This document shows, piece by piece, positions 11,628 to 22,445 of a stretch of 64,000 nucleotides of DNA. The stretch's first letter is position 1. Each line of letters begins with the position of its first letter. The position numbers and the translations under genes were made by a program. The notes beneath the pieces are model-generated. The model was not told where the DNA came from. It saw nothing but the letters and a program-made list of their open reading frames with translations, and did not search any database. Origin of the DNA: Mobula hypostoma (Eukaryota); NCBI RefSeq assembly GCF_963921235.1, contig NC_086109.1, forward strand, positions 13,828,001-13,892,000, written 5' to 3'.

Positions 11628-12784
11628 TGTAACCCAGGTTAATGAAACCCAAAATTGTACTGTTAGAAAGTTCTACCTGAGGAGGGATGAAAACGAGGTT
11701 CACCAATTTTAAAAAAACAGAATTTGAAAAAATTGTGATGCGAGTGAGGGGCGAGCTGGACACAGGACGGACAAGGAGAGAAACACAGCATCGATTAGAA
11801 GCTGAAGGCATGAACCGTTAAGAGTGGAATTAGTAGTGAGTATCTTTACCCTACTAACTTGAAACCCTCAAGGTGAAACCCCTGGAGGACAGACAACAGC
11901 GATAAAAAGATTTATTGAAGCTCTAGCTATAACGAGACAATATCGACAGAGGCCAGCGTTCAAAATCCCTACCGTGTGGTTGGGAATTAGTTCTGCAAAA
12001 TCATACCAAGGCATTTGGTCAAGTTTTGTACAAGTTTGTGAATTGACTTACTATGGATGATCAACTATTTCATCTAACGAGCCAAGGTGGCAAGCCACGC
12101 AGATGAAGAACCAGCGCGGGAGGGAAATGTGTAATGACGCAGAGGATTTAATCCGATTGGATGTATCAGTTATTTTCATTCGAAGAATCTGGATTTGATT
12201 TTCTGCAAGAACTGATCATTTTTGCAAAGACTTTGATAAGTTACTGTTTACTTTGTTTAAGAGTTGTGATGTTGGAGAATTGTGGTGAAAGGAGTTAAAC
12301 TGCGTACATATAATTTTTAAATTTGAATTTAAACTTGTAGATATACTGCCTGGAACTAAAACTGAAGATAACTATAATACTTGAGAATAGGAATTATATT
12401 TGGTTTTCTAACTAACTAGAGATAAGTAAAAAGGGAAGTTTACTCTGTAAGCTTTTAAATAGGAAATAACACTAGATCTAATTAGTTAGAGAAATTGGAG
12501 TAACAAAGGTTATTCTAATGAATGTATCTGATACTAACTAAACAGGAATTTGGCTTGTGTTGATATCTAAGATTTGGAACCAAATCAGAATGTTTGAATT
12601 TTGAATTGTTCTTGCTCATGTAAATATTTTGTACATATTGTTCTTTTCTTGTAAACAAAAGCTTATTTCTGTTCACTGCCTCCTCCCGATACCTGGATCC
12701 TTCTGATGGCCTATTAGCACCTAGTATAATTTGATTTTCTCTAAAGAGTGCGACAACCAGTCACACACTATGACTGGTGCTACA
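11628..12784 (+). mobile_element. possible solo LTR
   Basis: About 1.15-kb block unlike its flanks, bounded by TGTAAC...GCTACA, with an internal CCAAT-like site; no TSD preserved. Confidence 0.35.
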
Positions 12785-13108
12785 CAGGTGTTGCACTATG
12801 ATAACCTGACCACAAGTTCCCTCATAACTGGCTTCAGCCATCGTCTTCTAGCTTGTACCCCTTCCCCTTCTCCCCACCTTCTTATTCTGGCTTCTTCCCC
12901 TTCCTTTCCAATCCTGTCAAAGCATCTCAGCCTGAAACATCAGCTGTTTATTCCTTTCCATAAATGCTACCTGACTTGTTTATTTCCTCCAGCATTTTGT
13001 ACGTGTTACTTCCTACAGGTCAAGAACTCGTGCTCGAGCAAGGAACAAAATATTCTAACTTTGGTTATTTATCATCAAATGTTGTAAAAGTTTAAATGAA
13101 ATTATGTA

Positions 13109-14299
13109 CACTTGGTGCCCATCTTATTAGGTACACCTAGCTTGTTAATGCAAATATCTAACCAGCCAATCATGTGGCAGCAACTGATGATTAAAAACAT
13201 GCAGGCGTGGTCAAGAGGTTTAGTTATTGTTCAGACCAAAGATCAGAATGAGGAAGAAACGTGATCTAAGTGACTTTGACTGTGGAATGATTGTCATGCC
13301 AGGTGGGATGGTTTGAGTTTCTCAGAAACTGCTAATCTCTTGAGATTTTCATGCACACCAGTCTCTAGAATTTTAGATTAGATTAGATTAGATTATGAGG
13401 ACACGCAGTCCTCTTTTATTGTCATTTAGTAATGCATGCATTGAGAAATGATACAATGTTCCACCAGAATGATATCACAGAAACACCAGACAAATCAAGA
13501 CTGAAAAACTGACAAAAACCACATAATTATAACATATAGTTACAACAGTGCAAAGCAATACCGTAATTTGATAAAGAACGGACCATGGGCACGGTAAAAA
13601 AAAGTCTCAAAGTCTCTCGAAAGTCCCATCATCTCAGGCAGATGGTAGAAGGAAGAAAAACTCTTCCTGCCATGAACCTCCAGCACCGCAAACTTGCCGA
13701 TGCAGCACCCTGGAAACACCCGACCACAGCCGACTCTTGAGTCTGTCCGAAAACTTCAAGCCTCCGACCAGCTCTCCGACACTGAACACCGAGCACCATC
13801 TCTGCCGAGCGATTCGACCCTGGCCCCGGCAACAGGCCATAGGCAAAGCCGAGGATTTTGGGCCTTCCCCTCCGGAGATTCTCGATCGCACAATAGCAGC
13901 GGCAGCAAAGCAGGCATTTCAGAAGTTTCTCCAGATGTTCCTCCGTGCTTCTCACGTCCGTCTCCATCAAATCAGGATTGTGCACGGCCCCTATTCAACA
14001 AATACGATATCATTTCGGAGCGGACGCGCGCGCTGCGTTGCGCCGCCATCTTCTCCTCCCCTCATTTTTAGGAAAAACAAAAAACATCCAGTGAGTGGTA
14101 GTTGTGTGAGTGAAAGCACCTTGTTAGTGAGAAAGTTTAGAGGAGAATAGCCGGACTGGTTCAAAGTGACAGGAACTCAAATAACCACTTAAGAGCCTCT
14201 CTGAATGCTTGGCACATCGAACCTTCAAATGGAAGGGCTATAGCAGCAGAAAACCTCACCAGATTCCACTCCTGTACCTAATAAAGTGGCCATTGAGTG
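13109..14299 (+). mobile_element. non-autonomous Tc1-like element (interrupted)
   Basis: TA-flanked TIRs cact..gtg.cca.t.tattaggtac / gtacctaataaagtggccattgagtg; related pieces at 35862-36117 and 51245-52155. Confidence 0.75.
13373..14068 (-). mobile_element. non-autonomous retroposon with GC-rich AAGATGGCG head and (TCTAA)n tail, nested in the Tc1 element
   Basis: Head matches 63650-64000 on the opposite strand; AATAAA and pentanucleotide tail. Confidence 0.7.
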
Positions 14300-15756
14300 T
14301 ACTTGACAGATTGAGGCTCACCCTACTCTTCAGACTAACATAATCGACCAGACTTTCCACTGGCCTTGTACTCCTATGACACAAACAGAATGCGGTAAAT
14401 CCAAGCTTGGAACACAAAGTCCTGTATGCCTGCACAAGAACACATGGCAGAGATAAAGCAGGACAAGGACAGCCAGTGTAAACTGGAGTGCAGATACTGA
14501 CTGGGGAATTTATCACCAGCCTTGAATACTGTCAATGTTAAGAAACAGGGTCCCCACATCAGTCACACAGGAACTAATCAAGTGACACTTACTACGCCTG
14601 GGGGAGTCACAGTGCAGGAACACATTAGTGGGGGCTGCGTTCCCAGAGAGCAGTCCGTATCACGTTTTATTTTTCCCCTCCATAGTGTGTAGACATGCCA
14701 CCTCCATAATGCAAGCTGAAGAGGACTTGTAAACACGAGAAAATCCGTGGATGCTGGAAATCCAAAGCAACACACATGGGGATGCTGGAGGAACTCAGCA
14801 GGACAGGGAACAGCTACGGAAAAGAGGGAACCGTCAACGTGTCAGGCCGAGACCCTTCTTTGGGACTGAAAAGGAAGGGGAGAAGTCCAGAAAAGTACTG
14901 GTGTTTCTTTATATACTTTTCTTCACCAACCCTCACAGCCTCAGCATTGTAATGCTACGGCCACTTTGACCTGTTTAAACTGCAACTGTGTTGGTCCTTT
15001 TTGTTCTAATTATGCTCCTTCCTGTATGACTTTGTGCTATTTATGGTGAACTGATGTTTCTCCTGTGAATGTTGTGTCTCTGATGCCGTGCGCCTGTGAT
15101 GTAGCTGCAAGTAAGGTTTAATTGAGCCTTTGCATGCATGTACTTCAACATTTGACAAAGGGTTATTCAAAACCAAGGGACGGAGGAAATTCTTGTTCCA
15201 CGGGTCACTTCCATGTCCCAGAGGGATGTGGAGAACTCCACCACAGACGGTCCCAAACCTGGCTGGGAAAGGAGTGGGGGTTGGACCTGGGGCTAGCAAC
15301 TCCATCCCATAAAGACCCAGAGCTACTGAAATGCTGACATAGGCTCCAGGGGACTCTTTCCAGCGGATCTTCGCCTGGAAGATGGGCTGCATCTGGGAAC
15401 AGCTTGAAGTACCAGCCCAGGACAGAGAACTCTGGCCAGCTGCTATCGAAGGCCTATGCCCCAATAGGGATAATGTGCTTAAGAAAGTAAGTAAAGGGAT
15501 GTGGAGACGGGATCATTTGAAATCTTTAAAATGGAGATAGATACATTTTTGAAAGATTGGGAGAATGATGGCCAAGTGCATTGGGCAGAGAGAAGATGCC
15601 GGGGGCTGGGGCAGACTGATCATATTAAGTGGAGGGAAAGGTCTCAGAGGCCTAGTGATTTATTTCTGCTCCCATTTTGTTGCGTTGTGTTCTGAGAATA
15701 CTGTCAAACTGGTGTTAGTTTATTATTTTCATATGTATAACAAGTGCAGTCTTTCT

Positions 15757-16150
15757 CTGAGGATTGTCACCTTGTCGTGGTGGAGAGGCTTTCCAGTCCC
15801 TGAGACCCCAAGAGCGATGCTGCCTGGCGGGTAGCTCCTGGTAGGGTCACCCATGGTGGTTAGGTCAAGGGAGGAGGTTCCAGGCACAGAGCGATCCAAC
15901 CAAGACCGCAGTGGCGGAGCTGGTGGAAGATGATGACACATCACAACGCCAGTGAAGGCACAAGAATGCTGCTACAGCAAAGGGACCCACTCATCTCGCA
16001 TTCAAGGACCGTGTGGAGGCTGTCTGCGCGTCAACTTCCCCATGTTATGCAAAGTCATGCACAGGTGTTCCCCATAAAGGGAATAACCCCTTAGGAGATC
16101 CCCCTAGAACATCATATACCACTTGAGTGATCGCATCACTGCTGCTGCAG
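15757..16150 (+). mobile_element. non-autonomous RTE (Expander/BovB-like 5' head) derivative
   Basis: caccttgtcgtggtggag...ctcctggtagggtcacccatgg...ggaggttccag; homologous to 41455-41848, 36125-36355 and 35625-35860 (minus). Confidence 0.7.
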
Positions 16151-16844
16151 GGCAGATCATTGTTCTGAATGCCACCCATACAGATCATTTAATTACTGCA
16201 GTGCATTGAGGTAATACAAAGAAAACCAGTAACAGAATGTAAAATAGAGTGTTACAGTTAAAGAGAAAGTGCAATGCAGGAAGACTATAAGGTGCAAGGC
16301 CATAACAAGGTTGATTGTAAGGCCAAAAGTCCTTATCATTCCTGCGGACCTTTCAGTGGTCATCTAACCAGTGGTATGTGCTTTCAGGCTTTTGTATCTT
16401 CTGCCCCATGTAGAAGGGTAGAAGAGAGAATGACTGAGGTGGGAAAGGTCCTTGATTATGTTTTCTGCTTTAACAAGGCAGCAAGAAGCTCAGACAGAAT
16501 CCATGGAGGGGAGGCTGGTCTCTGTGTTGTGCTGGACCTGTGTCCGCGATTCCCTGCCATTTCTTCTGCTTCTGGGCAGGGCAGCTGCCGTTGCAAACTG
16601 TGAGGCATTTGGATCATGGCTTGGTATGACAACTGTCTGCCCAAGACCACAAGAATGAGCTGTGAGAACTGGAACGGACTGTTGCATGTGACTGATCGCA
16701 TTACGTGCGGCAATTTGTTTATTTCGAGATACAGCCTCAGAACAGGCCCTTCCAGCCCAACGAGCCGCACAGCCCATCGACGTACTTATTTCACAGGATG
16801 ATATACCTAACCTGGTATGCCAAAAGTTTGATTGGCTGATTTAT

Positions 16845-17610
16845 TGGATGCGTTGCAGGGCGGATGGAGGGGTATGGAAGCCACGGTGTCGCCTGTTTTC
16901 AGCCGCCCGGCATGACGGGACGAATCTGTTGTGCTTCACTGGTGGGGGAGGGGGGTGGTGGTGGGCACGGTGTCCAGTACAGAGCCGGAACTGGAGCTTC
17001 CCTCTCAGGGTTTCCCTCGGCAGAAGACAAACTGTGTTGCGGGCGACTGCATTATCTTTTTTAGCGGCCCTCGGCGGACTCGGGCCTCATGCTGTGGGGT
17101 CGCTTGCTTTTCAACCGCTGGAGGAGAGGCGTCTGGGCCATCGTGCTCTACCAGGAGGGCGGTGCAGCACACTTGTGGGACTGGAGACTTAAAATGGACC
17201 GAGGGGTCTGGCCTATATACATATATATTTGCCAGGTTGTGTTTTTATTAACATTCTACATGTGCTTGTATATGCGACGACTGGGTCTCAAAGCCATGGT
17301 GTTGCTTAGCGGGCGTTGGTGGCCAGTCGACAGATGATATCGGTAGGCTGAGGGGTCTGGACTCTATATGTCCATATTCTGCGCATTGTGTTTTTACTGA
17401 TATTCTATGTGGGTTTGTTGACTTGTATGCATCAAGGCGCGGCGTCGCAGGGAGATGGGGAAGTAGGCCTCGGGACTCTGATTGTAATCTAGTGTGTGCT
17501 TACTGTGTATGACTATAGGTAATGCATCGTTGCACCTTGATCCCGTAGTAACGCTGTCCCGTTTGACTGTATTCGTGTATGGTTAAATGACAATTAATCT
17601 TGAATTGAAT
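16845..17610 (+). mobile_element. non-autonomous LINE-tail element with an internal ~150-bp tandem duplication
   Basis: gaggggtctgg...ttgtgtttttaYt.aYattcta repeated at about 17200 and 17350; tail ggttaaatgacaat resembles 39090. Confidence 0.45.
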
Positions 17611-17774
17611 CGACTCAAATTTCTTTGGGCTGTGGGAGAGAACCCACGCACTCACGGGAAGGACGTACAAACTTTCTTCCAGAGGACGCTGGAAATGGAC
17701 TCCGATGTCTTGAGCTGTGTTAGTGTTGTACTAACCACTACGCTGCTGTGGTTGTAGTTTGCTCAGTAGATTGT

Positions 17775-18266
17775 GCTGGTTGCCTGTCATGTCTGACGAT
17801 GATACGAAACCTGTGCGGGAGTTTTTTTAAAGTGGAAAAGCCATGTACTGGGGCGGTTCCACTCGCTCCACCTTGGAAGTCCGGGTTCAGAGCGTCACAA
17901 ACTGGCGTCTTTCTCGGTCGCAGTGGATGACCGTCGCCTTGTCCTGGTCTTCGCTCTCCACAGAGCGTTGCAGATCTGCCTTCCTCGCCGTTGGATCTCA
18001 CCCATCCAGTCTACCAAGGCTGACTTCACACGCTATGACAGGCATGTCCCCATCTCACTGGGGTATTAGGCCTGCCTGCGGCCCTCCCCTGGTTTAGCCC
18101 ACCTGTTGAAGTGGTGTACTGGGGTGTGGCCTCTGTCCAATGCAGACAGCTACTTGGAGCCACAGGTGAGAGCCGAGTGTCTGGTGGGCACCAAAGATGA
18201 GCGAGCTGCCCCAGAATGGACTCGACAAACCCTTTTATCAGAGGTGCTACCACTCCCTGGACACCC
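17775..18266 (-). mobile_element. non-autonomous RTE-like element with a structured 5' end
   Basis: Flanked by approximate TSD caRtagattgt (17764-17774 / 18273-18283); no tRNA head and no credible protein ORF. Confidence 0.6.
18084..18266 (-). ncRNA. HDV-like (double-pseudoknot) ribozyme candidate
   Basis: P1 GGGUGUC/GACACUC; P2 CUCAUCU/AGGGGAG; P3 UGG/CCA with L3 UGCCCA; GG after P1 for P1.1; P4 CUCACCUG/CAGGUGGG; J4/2 starting CUAA. Confidence 0.55.
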
Positions 18267-19910
18267 TACACACAATAGATTGTAATAGGTTATTAAAAGC
18301 TGCCATTGTTGGTCAAATTGTTGCATTATTGGTTCTGCAATATAATGTTCTGTTTCATTGGGTTACAGAGTGTAAAGCTAGAACTCTTTTTGAACTAAAC
18401 AAAATATGCTGCAGTGGGTAGCTGATGAAAAAGATGAAGAGTTTAAAAAGTACAATGTTTCAAAGTTACAACAGGGAATGGTTGATGAGTAGCTCATAAC
18501 CTTTGGTCTCTGGAGACCCCAGGACACTGGTAACTCTGTCTTCTTCTTTTCCTATTACCTCACACAGTCCTTAAGCTTTAGTAAATCTTTCTTCTGTGTA
18601 CTTCGCTTGACCCTCAGTTCTGAGACAGACGCCACTCAATCAATGTCTCCACTTGGTTGTTAGTAAAATATACAATTTCATTAACTCACTTGCTCAGAAA
18701 TACTGCTGTCATTTTTCATCTGACCTTAACTTGCAGGAGCAGGATTTGGCCTTTCAGCCCGTCGATTCTGTTCAAGCATTTGATCATGGTCTATTATTTT
18801 AACCCCTATTCTCCTGCCTTCTCCCTGTAATTTTTAACCAGCCTACCAGTCAATAACCTATTAATCTCTGCCTTAAATATACCTAAAGACTCCGCCTCCA
18901 CAGCCCTCTGTAGCAATGAATTCCACAAAATCACTACCCTCTGGGGAGTTGAGAGTTCAATTCCAATGCTGTCTGTCAGGAGTTTGCATGTCCTCCCAAT
19001 GAATGCATGGGGTTCCACCAGGTGCTCTGGTTTCCTCCCACATTTCAAAGACATACTGGTTAGTAGGTTAATTGGTATAAGTTGGGCGAGGTTTAAGTTG
19101 GACGGCTGGGCCAGTTCTGCACTGTATCTCTGAATAAATAAATAAGAAATTCCTCCTCAGTCAATTCTAAAGGGATGCCCTTTTATTCTGAGGATGTGTC
19201 CTCACATCCTAGCTCCTCCTACTAATGAATGTACCTTCACCACACCCACTTTATCCAGGGCTTTCAGTCTCTAGTAGGCTTCCATGAGATCCCTCATCAT
19301 ACTTCTGAAGCCCACCGAAGATCCTGAGTCCTCCCCACAAGTGCGTACCTCATGGTAATTCAGACACTGTTATCATCATATTCCTCTGACAGCTAACTCA
19401 CATCCTCTTTTTTCCTGCAGGTTACCAATAACGATTAAAGATCTGTCACATGTACATCAAAACATTGAAACACACAGTAGAATGCGCCCTTTGTGTTAAA
19501 CAAATCTGCTGGGATTTTGCTCAGCTGCCCTCAAATATCGCCGTGCTTCTGGCACCAACATAACATGCCCACAACTCATTACCCATTAGTGTGTATCTTT
19601 TGATTATAGGAGGAAAGTGGAGCACCCAGAGGAAACCCCTGGGGAGAATATACAAACTACTTACAGACAGTGGCGGGAATTGAACCCAGATCTGTGATTA
19701 CTGTAAAGCACTGCACTAACCGACCTGCTACCCATATTGTGAAAATTTTCACATACTGGAACTCACCAGATGACTAACAGAAATACAACATTATGCAAAT
19801 TCTCCCGCAAATTTTTAAAGAAATTTTTCAACATAGAAAAACTATTTACAGAAATGTAAGCTAACAGCATCCTTCTTTATTTCATGAGTTATCGACATAT
19901 TTATTTAATA

Positions 19911-20443
19911 TACAGTACTGTGCAAAAGTCCAAGGCACATATCTATAGCTAGGGTGCCTCAGATTTTTGCATAGTGCTGTAGTAATTTTATGTATTGCTC
20001 TTACTGCTGCCACAAGAAAAAAACAAATTTCATGACATATGTGAGTGATGATAAACTTGACGCTGATATGGGTCTCTATTGCTGACTGAGAGTTAGATGG
20101 GGGCAGGGAGAGAGGAAAAGGGGAAGGGAGAGGGGAGGAAGCGGGAAGCACCAGAGAGACATTCTGTAATGATCAATAAACCAATTGTTTGGAATCAAGT
20201 TACCGTGCCTGGTGTCTCAGAGCTGGGTGTGCCTGCACCCGTGCCACCCACCACCTCTGGCACTCCCTCTGAGCCATCTGTCCCACACCCCTCCCACGCG
20301 TTCCACCCCCGACATTCCCAACATCCTTTGCTCCCGCCAGATTTATAAACTTGCTCTCCACTCCACGTTGACAAACACAGTACTGTGCAAAAGTCTTAGG
20401 CACCCTTGATATATAAACGCCTAAGATTTTGCACAGTTCTGTA
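19911..20443 (+). mobile_element. composite Tc1/mariner-like MITE (copy 2)
   Basis: Two ~70-bp fold-back units (cagtactgtgcaaaagtc...ttttgca.ag..ctgta) flank a shared interior. Confidence 0.65.
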
Positions 20444-20532
20444 GTTTAACTTTCATTGCTTACAACCTCAGTCAACGCTCTGAAGTGAATGCTTTGTTCA
20501 GCTAACAAATATTAATAAAGTGTTTTGTGGTA

Positions 20533-21077
20533 CAGGTGTCCCCTGCTTTCCGAACATTCTCTTTACGACATTTCGCTTTTACGAAAGACCTACATTAGTA
20601 CCTGTTTTCGTTAACCGAAAGAGGATTTTCGCTTTTACAATAAAAGACGTTCGCTTTAAACTTGTGTTTACCCCGAGAAAGACTACCATGACCATGAAGC
20701 CTTGCACGGGCAGGTGCGTGCGCATGTATGACGTGTGAATGCGTGACGTGCACATGCGTGTACGTGCCGATTTTTTTTGTCAAATCGGTTTTGGCTCAAA
20801 CTTCCCAATTCTGTTAAGTGAAACTACACTGTCATACATTATTTCTACTTTATATAGGCTATGTATTTATCATATCATTCCTGCTTTTACTATATGTTAG
20901 TGTTGTTTTAGGTTTTATGTGCTATTTAGTATGATTTGGTAGGTTATTTTTTGGGTCTGGGAACGCTCAAAAATTTTTCCCATATTACCAAAGGTAATTG
21001 CTTCTTCGCTTTACGCCATTTCCGCTTACAAATGGTTTCATAGGAACATTCTACATTCAGATAGCGGGGGAAGCCTG
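20533..21077. mobile_element. Tigger/pogo-like MITE
   Basis: TA-CAGGTGTCCCCTGCT ... AGCGGGGGAAGCCTG-TA imperfect TIRs. Confidence 0.65.
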
Positions 21078-21544
21078 TATTCATTAACAACTAAATACAG
21101 TATATGTTCCATTACTTTAATGATGGTGTGATGATGTTGACTGCACCCATTCTAGAGCACTAACTTAATCAACACCTTAAATCTCATAGTTACAGATGTC
21201 CACGAATACCCTCACTTTAGCGAGGTTATTCTATATTAACCTATAATTCAAAACAGGGCAGCAGTTAGCACAATGCTTTACAGCACACTGTATGACTGGG
21301 GTTCAAATCCCGCTCCTGTCTGTAAGGAGTTACGCATGTTCTTCCTGAGACTGTGTGGGTTTTCTCTGGGTGCTTCAGTTTCCTCCCACATTCCATAGGT
21401 TTGGGTTAGTGAGTTGTGGGCATGCTATGTTGCTTCTGGAAGCTCGGCAACACTTTCAGGCAGCCCGGCATAATTCCCGCACAAAAACACTGCATTTCAT
21501 TTTACATTTCAATATACAAGTGACAAATATACCTAATCTTTTCA

Positions 21545-22445
21545 GAGAGCCTCCAAGCTGATGACATGAATTTCAGTTTCGAACTTCCAGCAATGCCCAC
21601 CCTGCTTCACTATTCCCCATCCCCTTTTCCCCCTCTCTCCTTACCTGCCCATCAGTCTCCAGCCCCTTGGTATGAACATAGAATTCTTCAACTTCCGGTA
21701 ATTCCCTCCCCCTCCCTTCCCCTATCCCTATGTCACTCTGCCCCCTCCTCCAGCTGCCTATCACCTCCCTCATGGTTCCGCCTCCTTCTACTACCCATTG
21801 TGTTTTCCCCTATTCTTTCTTCACCTTTCCTGCCTATCACCTCCCTGCCTCCCTTCCCCCACCCCTTTATCTTTCCCCTTACTGGTTTTTCACCTGGAAC
21901 CTACCAGCCTTCTCCTTCCCACCCTCCCCCCACCTTCTTTATAGGGCCTCTGCCCCCTCCCTCTACACTCCTAACGAAGGGCTCCGGCCCGAAACGTCGA
22001 CCGATCTTTTCCACGGATGCTGCCCGACCTGCTGAGTTCCTCCAGAGTGTTGTGAGTGTTACTTTGATCCCAGCATCTGCAGATTATTTTGTGTTCACCT
22101 CCCTCTGGTGCTCCTCCCCCTTTTCTTTCTTCCATGGCCTTCTGTCCTCCCCTATCAGATTCCCCCCTCCTCCAACCCTGTATTTCTTTCACCAATCAAC
22201 TTCCCAGCTCTTTACTTCACCCTCGCCCTCCCCCTCTCGGTTTCACCCATCACTTTGTGTTTCTCCTTTCCCTCCCCGCCTTTTAACTCTACCCCTCATC
22301 TTCTTTTTTTTCTCCAGTCCTGCTGAAGGGTCTCGGCCCAAAACGTCGACTGTGCTCTTTTCCGTAGATGTTGCCTGGCCTGCCGAACTCCTCCAGCAAT
22401 GTGTCTGTTACTTGGATTTCCAGCATCTGCAGATTTTCTCTTGTC
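21545..22445 (+). mobile_element. nested Penelope-like 3' ends (pyrimidine-rich pLTRs) with mutated hammerheads; further copies at 22845-23190 and 23455-24066
   Basis: SLQP.GMN-type ORF end, CT-rich tract, motifs ctaacga...gaaacgtcgac (21967-22002) and ctgctga...aaaacgtcgactg (22315-22352). Confidence 0.8.

Noticed and set aside
13512..13520. ACAAAAACC, a perfect V(D)J RSS nonamer
   Set aside because: No CACAGTG heptamer at 12- or 23-bp spacing; lies inside a retroposon tail
13629..14150. Overlapping 118-137-aa ORFs, with a similar 159-aa ORF at 63501-63980
   Set aside because: Translations of a GC-rich repeat head in several frames, with no recognisable domain
19330..19430. Possible exon near tttttcctgcAG
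   Set aside because: Runs directly into a SINE tail on plus; minus-strand candidates have stops in all frames
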